Source: Candidatus Nomurabacteria bacterium (GTDB taxonomy: Bacteria; Patescibacteriota; Patescibacteriia; HK-STAS-PATE-3). From it: a stretch of 64,000 nt of DNA. The notes beneath the pieces were generated by a model that worked only from the letters and a program-made list of their open reading frames with translations, was not told the DNA's origin and searched no databases. Location of the stretch: the NCBI GenBank assembly GCA_023898465.1, contig CP060223.1, positions 288,001 through 352,000 on the forward strand. Reading direction: 5' to 3'. The position numbers and the translations under genes were made by a program. Shown one piece after another: positions 7,667-15,751 of this stretch. Numbering within the stretch: position 1 is the first letter of the stretch; every line of letters starts with the position of its first letter.

Positions 7667-10600
7667 ATGGACTCTGCCCCATTAACACTACAAACGAAGA
7701 CACTGCAGAGGTCTTCCGATCTAAATAATTACAGACTCTATCGCGCAGCTCTTGAATGGGAGTTGATTGATCCTATTGTCATAGAAGACCGGGATGACAT
7801 GCATTCCGAAAGTAGTTGGCGTGATCGTCTTGAGCCGTATCATCATCAAGTAACTAACCTAATAACTTTTTGTCGTCGCCTACCTGTTACTTTACTGGCG
7901 GATGATGTCGGGTTAGGAAAAACAATTAGTGCTGGCCTAGTTTTAAGCGAGTTAATTTCGCGCGGGAGAATTTCAAAAATATTAATAGTTTGCCCAAAAA
8001 TACTTCGAGATCAGTGGAAAGAAGAATTGGAAATAAAGTTCCGAATTCCGTCCACAATTGTGACAGGAAGAGAATTAATTACGGCAAAGCCTCCTGAAGA
8101 ACCAGGAGCGGTAATTACCACATACAATACGGCCAGACTGTATTTAGATAGAATTGACCAGAATGGTTTTGAAATATTGATACTTGATGAGGCGCATAAA
8201 TTGCGGAATCTATATGGTGTTGACCCAACACCTCAAGTTGCAATTAAATTCCGTAAAGCTCTGGCTGACCGGATGTTTAAGTACGTATTAATGTTAACTG
8301 CAACGCCGATCCAGAACAGACTATGGGATCTCTACTCGTTGGTTGACTTATTAACCGTTGCACGCGGCCATGAAAATCCCTTTGGAACGCCAGGTATTTT
8401 TGCGAGAAAATTTATTGCAGATAGTCGCACACAAGCGCGTCAGCTTAATCCGGAGATGCGGGATGAGTTTCGCTCAATTATTTACGGTTATATGTCTCGG
8501 GTTCGTCGTGGAGATGCAAAACTCCACTTCCCAGAGCGGGTAGTACAGTTGCATAAAGTTGACCCAACACCAGAAGAATTGCAGTTGATCGGTGTGGTCG
8601 GAAAATCTATACAACAACTGAATGCGCTTACACAAATTGTAATCCTCCAAGCTTTGGTGAGTAGTCCAGAAGCGCTAATAAAGATGTTAGAAGGAATGGC
8701 TAAAAAAGGAACCGTACCGCGTGAGGTGTTGGCGAACGTTAAGGAATCAGCCAAAGAAATTCAAATCACTACAAAACTAAAAGGTTTGGGCGCGTTAGTT
8801 GAAAAACTTAGAAAGGAGCAACCCAATACTTGGCGGGTGGTAGTTTTTACAAGATGGCGAGAAACTCAAACAACTATCGAAACTTTTCTTGAAAAGCAAG
8901 GAGTAAAATGCGGCTTGATAAATGGCGATTCAAGTAAGCGAAATCAGGAAACAATCCAAAGATTTAAAAAAGACTTACCAGACATTAATGTAATTATTTC
9001 TACTGAAGCAGGTTCGGAGGGCGTTAACCTTCAGGCCGCTAATGTTTTGGTTAATTACGATCTCCCCTGGAATCCAATGATAGTGGAACAAAGAATAGGT
9101 CGTATTCAAAGACTTGCTTCTAATTATGCAAATGTTTCTATTTTTAATATTGTTTTGCAAAATACCTTTGAAGAATATATTGTAGGGCGCTTGATGGAAA
9201 AGTTGCAGATGGCTTCTCATGCAATTGGGGATATTGAAGCACTATTGGAAGCATCCGGCATTGATGAAGGTGAAGAAAATGGCTCAAGTGGTTTTGAAGA
9301 AAAAATTCGCCAGTTAGTAGTTGCATCTTTAGCTGGAAAAGATGTTGAGCAGGCAACTCGTAAAGCTGAACAGAGTATTTCAGAAGCTAAAACAGAATTA
9401 GACCATGAAGAAAAGAACATTAATGCTTTACTTGGGGGGATGAGTGATTCTCTAGATTCTGGTCCAAGATGTCCGAAGCTTCCTCAAACTACTAAGTCGA
9501 TGGATGTCCGTGATTTTACTACGGCTGCTCTTATGAGCTTAGGCGCGGAACTACATCCAAAAAAGGATGGTTTATTAGTTTCACAACTTGCTGGGAAAAA
9601 AGAATTAATCCGATTTGATAATAACACTCTGAGCAGTGAAGAGGAGAGTGTCTTATATGCACCGGGAACTTCAACTTTTGAACGCTTAGTCCATAAAGTT
9701 GCAAATGTAGGAAAACACATTGTTGAAGACCTTGATAAAAACCCCCAACAGCAAATTGAGAAAGTAAGTCGTCAATGGGTCGAAAGTTTTGGCGGAGACT
9801 TCGAAAATGTAACGGTAGAGGACGTTTCTCGATGTTTTGCAGGAGTAGCAATAATTCGTGCAAGATCAACAGTAGCTCACGATAGTTATGAGCGTCTCAT
9901 TGAGGTTTCGTGCGCTCCCACTGAGCATTTCAGTTTTGTGACAAGAACGGGATTGGAACCCATCGGAGACTATATTGAAAATCCGACATCTGTTGGTGCG
10001 CTTTCAGAAAAATTAATTGAAAAAGCCAGCCAAGACTCGAGTATTCTTGAGTTCTGTAGATTTTATTTAGAACGAAGATCTCAAGAAATTGCCTCCGCAG
10101 GAAATGACGAAAGAAAAAAGAAAAAGCTTGAGGATGAGTTTACGCCCCGTCTTGAATTTTCCCTAGTCGGTCTTGAGGGCAAGGTTCATCGGATAGTTAA
10201 AAATCAGGTCTCTTATAGAATTGAACGTGAGGGCCAATACAAAAGTACCCTCATGATAACCCCCTCTTCTGGGCAAGTTGATATGCCGGGGATGGGACAA
10301 TGCATGAAAACAGGTAAGACTGTACCGAGCGATTGCTTAGCAAAGTGCGAAATAAGCGGACTTATAGTATTGCGGCATTTTCTTGATCAATCAGAGATCA
10401 GTAATCGACTGGCGCTCCCTGAGCACATCGTTTTATGTACGTTAAGCAACAAGCGAGTGCTAGCGGACGAAGCTATAAAATCAGATGTTACGGGCAAACT
10501 AGTCGCAAAGAAGTTTTTAAAAACATCTTCTCTGAGTGGCAAATTCGCTGAACCACAGTTCATTAACACTTGTGAGTTTACAAAAACAGAAGTTCTGGAA

Positions 10601-11194
10601 AGCGAAATTGCGGTCAGCCAGATTTCAGGAAAAAGATATCGCATTGATGAGCAACTTAAATCCGCAGTTTCAGGAAAACTAGGCCATCGACAAGAATTTG
10701 TAGCAAGTAGTATTTCATCAGCCCCACTTCTTGAAGAAGAAGCCATTCGTTCGGTCACTGGAAAATTTTGTGCACCAATGGAAGCGAGGCCCTGCACTTG
10801 GAGTGGTCGAAAGTGTCACCCCGAAGACCTTAGGACTTGCGAGTTGACCGGAGTCCAAATTCATTCAGAGTACGTAACGCTCGAACCACCAATTCGTTTA
10901 GAAACCCTAAATAATCTTTTGAATGGCACGAGGAGCAAATCTGACAAATTGGAAGTATGGCCTTCACTTTCAAATAGCGTTACAGCTTTATTAAAAGCAA
11001 AACGTTGTAAAATTGAAACAGCAGAAGTTTCACCTAGTGACGATATTTTGGCCGCTTCTATAGAGCTTCGAACTTTTCTAGGCCTGCGCGTGAGTCACAT
11101 TGGCGTACTTTATTCAATAAAGGATGGATCCGTAGTCGGGCGTGTTGCTAGAGGCAAGCGTGGTGATAAGGGCTGGAATCAAACTAAGAACTAA
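7667..11194 (+). CDS. SNF2-family ATPase/helicase with long C-terminal extension containing 13 tandem 15-aa repeats
   Basis: Motif I DDVGLGKT (GLGKT = aa 82-86), motif II DEAH (aa 174-177), motif III TATP, and motif VI QRIGRIQR (aa 475-482). About 690 further residues have no family I recognise. Low GC. Confidence 0.9.
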   Translation: MDSAPLTLQTKTLQRSSDLNNYRLYRAALEWELIDPIVIEDRDDMHSESSWRDRLEPYHHQVTNLITFCRRLPVTLLADDVGLGKTISAGLVLSELISRGRISKILIVCPKILRDQWKEELEIKFRIPSTIVTGRELITAKPPEEPGAVITTYNTARLYLDRIDQNGFEILILDEAHKLRNLYGVDPTPQVAIKFRKALADRMFKYVLMLTATPIQNRLWDLYSLVDLLTVARGHENPFGTPGIFARKFIADSRTQARQLNPEMRDEFRSIIYGYMSRVRRGDAKLHFPERVVQLHKVDPTPEELQLIGVVGKSIQQLNALTQIVILQALVSSPEALIKMLEGMAKKGTVPREVLANVKESAKEIQITTKLKGLGALVEKLRKEQPNTWRVVVFTRWRETQTTIETFLEKQGVKCGLINGDSSKRNQETIQRFKKDLPDINVIISTEAGSEGVNLQAANVLVNYDLPWNPMIVEQRIGRIQRLASNYANVSIFNIVLQNTFEEYIVGRLMEKLQMASHAIGDIEALLEASGIDEGEENGSSGFEEKIRQLVVASLAGKDVEQATRKAEQSISEAKTELDHEEKNINALLGGMSDSLDSGPRCPKLPQTTKSMDVRDFTTAALMSLGAELHPKKDGLLVSQLAGKKELIRFDNNTLSSEEESVLYAPGTSTFERLVHKVANVGKHIVEDLDKNPQQQIEKVSRQWVESFGGDFENVTVEDVSRCFAGVAIIRARSTVAHDSYERLIEVSCAPTEHFSFVTRTGLEPIGDYIENPTSVGALSEKLIEKASQDSSILEFCRFYLERRSQEIASAGNDERKKKKLEDEFTPRLEFSLVGLEGKVHRIVKNQVSYRIEREGQYKSTLMITPSSGQVDMPGMGQCMKTGKTVPSDCLAKCEISGLIVLRHFLDQSEISNRLALPEHIVLCTLSNKRVLADEAIKSDVTGKLVAKKFLKTSSLSGKFAEPQFINTCEFTKTEVLESEIAVSQISGKRYRIDEQLKSAVSGKLGHRQEFVASSISSAPLLEEEAIRSVTGKFCAPMEARPCTWSGRKCHPEDLRTCELTGVQIHSEYVTLEPPIRLETLNNLLNGTRSKSDKLEVWPSLSNSVTALLKAKRCKIETAEVSPSDDILAASIELRTFLGLRVSHIGVLYSIKDGSVVGRVARGKRGDKGWNQTKN
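10301..10882 (+). repeat. intragenic tandem array: 13 units of 15 codons (one unit has 14) inside the SNF2 gene
   Basis: The units, in order: CMKTGKTVPSDCLAK, CEISGLIVLRHFLDQ, SEISNRLALPEHIVL, CTLSNKRVLADEAIK, SDVTGKLVAKKFLKT, SSLSGKFAEPQFINT, CEFTKTEVLESEIAV, SQISGKRYRIDEQLK, SAVSGKLGHRQEFVA, SSISSAPLLEEEAIR, SVTGKFCAPMEARP, CTWSGRKCHPEDLRT, CELTGVQIHSEYVTL. Confidence 0.85.
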
Positions 11195-11195
11195 T

Positions 11196-12686
11196 ATGAA
11201 CCCTCTACTTACAAAAACCGATTATCTTCTTTACCGGGAATGCCCAAAGAATGTTTGGTATAAAATCCAAAAACCTGAATTGTATGCTACATCGGAGCTA
11301 ACAGAGTTTGAAAAATCGATAATGGAAACAGGTAATGAGGTTGAAAAGATTGCAAGGCAACTTTTTCCAAACGGGGTGTTAGTAACTTATCGTGATGCGC
11401 GCGGTCAAGCTGAGACACAAAAGCTATTGGCGGAGAACAAGGATGTGATTTTTCAGCCAGTTTTTGTCAAAAATAACTTTTTGGCTGCTATTGATGTTCT
11501 ACAAAAAGAAAAGAATGGCAAGGGCTACAATGTTTACGAAATAAAATCGACTAGTGATGTAGATAAGAAAACACATTTTCACGACCTAGCATTTCAAGTA
11601 AACGTTCTCAGAATGACAGGCCTGGGAATTAATAAATCATTTGTCATTCATCTAAACTCTGAATATATTCGAAAGGGAGAAATTGAGCTGGATCAGTTAT
11701 TTAAAGTATCAGATGTGACGGATGAAGTAGAAAGTCTTTTACCGGATGTTGCGACTGAGGCGGAAGAAGCATTGAAGTATATTAGCCAAACTTCTGAACC
11801 AGAGGGGTACTGCTGCTGTATTTATAAAGGTCGATCAAGGCATTGTTCAACCTTTCAGCTAGCGAACCCCGAAGTACCCGAATATAGTGTCCACGATATT
11901 TCTAGGATAGGGGTAAGCAAGGCTAAATTAAAAGAGCTAATTGACGGAAGTATTTTTCACCTGGACAAGATTCCGCCACACATTAAATTAAGCGAAATTC
12001 AACAAGGTCAAGTTGAAACCTATAAATTGAATAAGGTATTAGTAGATAAGGAAAGAATTGCGGAAGAATTTAGTGGTCTCACATTCCCACTTTATTTTCT
12101 TGATTATGAAACATTTCCATCAGCAATACCAAGATATGATGGCTTTTCACCATATAAACAAATTCCGTTCCAGTATTCTGTTTACAAACTAGATTCAGTC
12201 GAGAGTGAGCCAACTCATTTTGATTTTTTGTACTCTGGTCCCGAAGACCCCAGCAAGCACTTTGCCGAGTCTTTAAGGGAACATATCGGGGATAAAGGCT
12301 CGATCATCGTTTGGCATAAAGACTTCGAGTGTGGCAGAAATAATGAAATAGGTAGTCGAATTCCTACTTCGAAGGCTTTTTTTGACTCTGTTAATCAGCG
12401 AGTATACGATCTCGAAGACATTTTCAAGAAACAATACCACGTTCATCGAGATTATAAGGGAAGCACATCTATTAAAAACGTATTGCCTGTTTTAGTGCCA
12501 GAATTAACGTATAAAGACCTTGAAATTCGTGATGGTGGCAGTGCAGCGGATAGTTGGGACAAAATAATTAGTGGTGTATATAACGAGACAGAGAAAGAAA
12601 AGGTAATAAAAGATTTAAAGATTTATTGTGGTCTTGATACATTTGCAATGTATGCTATTTGGAATTGCTTGAACAAGCTACTCTAA
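11196..12686 (+). CDS. DUF2779-type protein: Cas4-like PD-(D/E)xK nuclease fused to a DEDDy-like 3'-5' exonuclease domain
   Basis: ATG lies 1 nt after the SNF2 stop. N-terminus TKTDYLLYRECPKNVWYK, then D100...E115-I-K117 (AAIDVL...YEIKS). Cys set C16 plus C206-C207-C208...C217. C-terminal half has FLDYET (D303/E305), WHKDFE (D376) and Y477-CGL-D481. Confidence 0.7.
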   Translation: MNPLLTKTDYLLYRECPKNVWYKIQKPELYATSELTEFEKSIMETGNEVEKIARQLFPNGVLVTYRDARGQAETQKLLAENKDVIFQPVFVKNNFLAAIDVLQKEKNGKGYNVYEIKSTSDVDKKTHFHDLAFQVNVLRMTGLGINKSFVIHLNSEYIRKGEIELDQLFKVSDVTDEVESLLPDVATEAEEALKYISQTSEPEGYCCCIYKGRSRHCSTFQLANPEVPEYSVHDISRIGVSKAKLKELIDGSIFHLDKIPPHIKLSEIQQGQVETYKLNKVLVDKERIAEEFSGLTFPLYFLDYETFPSAIPRYDGFSPYKQIPFQYSVYKLDSVESEPTHFDFLYSGPEDPSKHFAESLREHIGDKGSIIVWHKDFECGRNNEIGSRIPTSKAFFDSVNQRVYDLEDIFKKQYHVHRDYKGSTSIKNVLPVLVPELTYKDLEIRDGGSAADSWDKIISGVYNETEKEKVIKDLKIYCGLDTFAMYAIWNCLNKLL

Positions 12687-12690
12687 ACCT

Positions 12691-13392
12691 ATGAGCTTTC
12701 TTAAGATTTTTAGTGATGATTCTAAAGACAAGCCAAAAGAAAATGATAGTCGGAAACCTGAATGTCCATACTGTCAGGGCGTTTTAGTTAAAATTCCTGC
12801 TAGAAAAACAAAATGTTTTCACTGTGGGAAATATATTTTTGTACGAACACAGACAAAGGACAGAAAGCTCGTTTTGGTTACTGAAGAAAATTCGGCCGCG
12901 ATAGACTCTGAATGGGAGTCAAAACAAGCCGCTACGATCACTTCATTGGTGGAGAAAGTAGATTTTACAAAGAAAAAAGAAGGTCTGCGCGAAGGGTTTG
13001 GGGACAAGGAACCCTCCGTTAGTGACATAAAGTGGGGCTTGTGGAACAAGAGGCTTCAGGAAGCAATGAAACGCAATGATTTTTCAGAACTTTCAGGAAT
13101 ATATTTTCAAATGGCTCTGCGCTTGCACGAAAGTGGAAAAGACAGCTTTAAACTTCAGGGCCAGGCTCAAAAAATGTTTTTGTTTAAAGAAAAGCAAAGC
13201 GGTGTTGTTTCTAGCGTAGAGGTTTTTTCTAGAGATGGCTGTGAAGAATGTAAGAAAATAAACGGAAAGAAATTTGTTATTTTTGAAGCACTAAAACTCA
13301 TGCCACTACCCGTTCAATCCTGCACAAACAAACTGAATAAGAATGCGCCCAATGGTTGGTGTCGATGCACTTTTCTTCCTTTTATAGATTAA
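12691..13392 (+). CDS. zinc-ribbon protein with C-terminal CxxC...C...CxC module
   Basis: Starts 4 nt after the previous stop. N-terminal CPYC-x17-CFHC ribbon, a helical middle, then the C-terminal CEECKKINGKKF...LPVQSC...NGWCRCTFLP. Confidence 0.7.
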   Translation: MSFLKIFSDDSKDKPKENDSRKPECPYCQGVLVKIPARKTKCFHCGKYIFVRTQTKDRKLVLVTEENSAAIDSEWESKQAATITSLVEKVDFTKKKEGLREGFGDKEPSVSDIKWGLWNKRLQEAMKRNDFSELSGIYFQMALRLHESGKDSFKLQGQAQKMFLFKEKQSGVVSSVEVFSRDGCEECKKINGKKFVIFEALKLMPLPVQSCTNKLNKNAPNGWCRCTFLPFID

Positions 13393-13546
13393 GACTTTGC
13401 CACCAATACTTTTGTTTCGGTCGCTGAGCATCCACCCTTTTTATCCCCCTCTGCCGATCTTCTAAAAAGAAACGGGAATTTAATCACGTAAAAAATAAAG
13501 AGGACCCATTATAACCCCTTGCCTCCGTCATTCGCGAACGACGGGG

Positions 13547-13575
13547 TTGACAGGGCTTTTTTGTTATACTATTCT
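13547..13575 (+). promoter_or_regulatory. sigma70-type promoter of the hrcA operon
   Basis: TTGACA (13547-13552), 17-nt spacer, TATTCT (13570-13575). Sits immediately upstream of the CIRCE element. Confidence 0.6.
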
Positions 13576-13579
13576 TGTT

Positions 13580-13606
13580 TTAGCACTCAAATATTGAGAG
13601 TGCTAA
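13580..13606 (+). promoter_or_regulatory. CIRCE operator (HrcA binding site)
   Basis: TTAGCACTC-AAATATTGA-GAGTGCTAA is a perfect match to the consensus TTAGCACTC-N9-GAGTGCTAA. It ends 9 nt before the hrcA ATG. Confidence 0.95.
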
Positions 13607-13615
13607 TTCAAGCCC

Positions 13616-14341
13616 ATGAAGCTCTCAGAACGACAACAACACATATTACAGGCCGTGATTCAAGAACACCTGGTGCAGGGGAAGCCGGTTGGTTCGCAGC
13701 AACTGGTGACGGCCGGTGGATTCGACGTGTCGAGCGCGACTATGCGCAATGAAATGGCTGAATTAGAGGAAAAGGGCTTTTTAACGCATCCCCACACCTC
13801 AGCCGGTCGGATTCCGACGGAGCAGGGTTGGCGCTACTACCTCGACCATATCATTGAAAAAAAAGAGCTAAGTAAAAAGGAAGAAAGCTATCTGCAGCAG
13901 CAAGTGAAAAGCAGCGAGCCAGCTGGTCCGCAAAAAGTGAAAACCTTAGCCAAAGCACTGGCTGAGCTGTCAGAAGAAGCCATCATGATCGGTTTCGCGC
14001 CAAATGATGTGTACTACACCGGCTTGCGTAACCTTTTCTCTAAACCGGAATTCCAGGATTTTGCCGTGGTGACGCAGTTGTCTGAAGTGATTGACCATTT
14101 GGACGAGGCCTTGTCTCGCTTATTTCTACGAAAAGAAAAGTCCCAGCAGGATGTAACAGTATTAGTGGGACAGGAGCATCCTTTTGGCGCTGACTGCAGT
14201 GTCATTATGACGCAGATTCCGGTGGCCAAGGGGAATGCGACCGGTATACTCGGTATCCTGGGCCCGATGCGGCAGCAATATGCAGACAACATTGCTCGAT
14301 TAGATTATTCTCGTCATTTACTTACTGAATTATTTTCCTAA
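13616..14341 (+). CDS. hrcA: heat-inducible transcription repressor HrcA (short form, 241 aa)
   Basis: LSERQQHILQAVIQEHL...GKPVGSQQL...VSSATMRNEMAELEEKGFLTHPHTSAGRIPT. CIRCE lies upstream and grpE downstream. Confidence 0.9.
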   Translation: MKLSERQQHILQAVIQEHLVQGKPVGSQQLVTAGGFDVSSATMRNEMAELEEKGFLTHPHTSAGRIPTEQGWRYYLDHIIEKKELSKKEESYLQQQVKSSEPAGPQKVKTLAKALAELSEEAIMIGFAPNDVYYTGLRNLFSKPEFQDFAVVTQLSEVIDHLDEALSRLFLRKEKSQQDVTVLVGQEHPFGADCSVIMTQIPVAKGNATGILGILGPMRQQYADNIARLDYSRHLLTELFS

Positions 14342-14344
14342 AGC

Positions 14345-14848
14345 ATGAGCACGAACGAAAACGAAGTCCAAGAAGACACTTCACCTGAAATGAGCACCCT
14401 GCAAAAGAAGGCGGAAGAGTACCTAGCCGGCTGGCAGCGCGCCAAGGCAGACTATCAAAACCTGAAGCGTCAGAATGAAAAAGAGCGCGAAGAGCTCATG
14501 AGTATGACCACTGGTGCGCTCATCCTCGACCTCCTGCCCGTGAAAACCAACTTTGACCTAGCCTGGCAACATCTGCCAGAGGATCTGAAAGACCACGCCT
14601 GGGTAAAGGGCATGGAACACGTGCAAAAGCAGTTTACCGAATTTTTACAAACCCTGGGTATTAGTTCCTATCAACCATCACATGAAGCCTTTGACCCCAG
14701 TAGCATGGAAGCGATCGAGCACACGGCTGACGCAGAAGTGCCCGAGGGTCAGGTGATCCGCACCACTGAGCCAGGCTATCGGATGCGCGACAAAGTCATC
14801 CGTCCGGCCAAAGTGGTGGTCAGCTCAGGTCCTAGTCAAGAATCGTAA
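14345..14848 (+). CDS. grpE: nucleotide exchange factor GrpE
   Basis: YLAGWQRAKADYQNLKRQNEKERE coiled-coil followed by the C-terminal beta domain GYRMRDKVIRPAKVVV. Confidence 0.92.
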   Translation: MSTNENEVQEDTSPEMSTLQKKAEEYLAGWQRAKADYQNLKRQNEKEREELMSMTTGALILDLLPVKTNFDLAWQHLPEDLKDHAWVKGMEHVQKQFTEFLQTLGISSYQPSHEAFDPSSMEAIEHTADAEVPEGQVIRTTEPGYRMRDKVIRPAKVVVSSGPSQES

Positions 14849-14883
14849 TCTTCTCTCAACATTAACCCTTAAGGAGAAACACT

Positions 14884-15294
14884 ATGGCAATTATCAAATG
14901 GAGTCCTTTTGCAGACATGCTTGGCGAAGATTTCTTCGAAGACATGCCGCTGGCTCGTAATTATCGCTTTGTCCCGGCCCTCGACATTTATGAGGATAAG
15001 GACAACATCGTAGTAGAAACCCCACTCTCGGGCATTGATCCAAACAAAGTAAATATTGAGATCGAGGACAACATCCTCAAAATCTCTGGATCAACCGAAA
15101 AGAAATCCGAAGTGGATGAAAAAAACTACTACCGCAAAGAAGTCCGCAGTGGACAATTCTTCCGCTCGGTTGCCCTGCCAAAAGCAGTGGATGCAGATAA
15201 GGCTGATGCGCAATATCACGACGGTATCCTGAAAATCACCGTGCCAAAGCGCGAAGAAGCCAAGCCAAAGACTATTTCCGTTCAAGTAAAGTAA
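14884..15294 (+). CDS. Hsp20/alpha-crystallin small heat-shock protein
   Basis: SD AAGGAG. PALDIYEDKDNIVVETPLSGIDPNKVNIEIEDNILKISG...YHDGILKITVPK. Confidence 0.92.
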   Translation: MAIIKWSPFADMLGEDFFEDMPLARNYRFVPALDIYEDKDNIVVETPLSGIDPNKVNIEIEDNILKISGSTEKKSEVDEKNYYRKEVRSGQFFRSVALPKAVDADKADAQYHDGILKITVPKREEAKPKTISVQVK

Positions 15295-15358
15295 ATTCGC
15301 CGTTTGAGCAGCCCCGCCTACGCTAAAAGCTTTGGCGGGGAACTGAGACGAGGAACCT

Positions 15359-15715
15359 ATGTCACAACAACGTATACCAGCCCCGCAATTTAATAACCCG
15401 CTCCTGCGGATGAATGGTCGCTGTCCGGTCTGCAATAGTTTGTACGACGTTCAGCAGCTGCGCATCCTGGCTGAAAAAGAGCAGTCTATCCTGGCGCACC
15501 TCGAGTGCAGCAACTGCTCAACCGCGGTGCTGTCTTATCTGCAGTTGAGCGGCATGGGCTTATCCAATCACGCATTGATTACGGATTTAACTCCGGATGA
15601 GGTGCACGATCGGATGGGAAGCTCGCCGCCTATTTCCAGCGATGACATCATTCTCTTCCACAGCTATCTGGAGAATGAGGTCAAGGCGACTGATCTCTAC
15701 AGTGAAGATAGCTAA
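15359..15715 (+). CDS. hypothetical zinc-ribbon protein embedded in the heat-shock block
   Basis: CPVC-x27-CSNC four-Cys arrangement; no family recognised. Confidence 0.55.
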   Translation: MSQQRIPAPQFNNPLLRMNGRCPVCNSLYDVQQLRILAEKEQSILAHLECSNCSTAVLSYLQLSGMGLSNHALITDLTPDEVHDRMGSSPPISSDDIILFHSYLENEVKATDLYSEDS

Positions 15716-15751
15716 CACTTATTTGTAAATCTCTTTAATCTCAACACACCT

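Noticed and set aside
13519-13752. A 77-aa + strand ORF spanning the hrcA promoter, CIRCE and the hrcA start.
   Set aside because: It overlaps the regulatory elements and is out of frame with the well-supported hrcA, so it is spurious.
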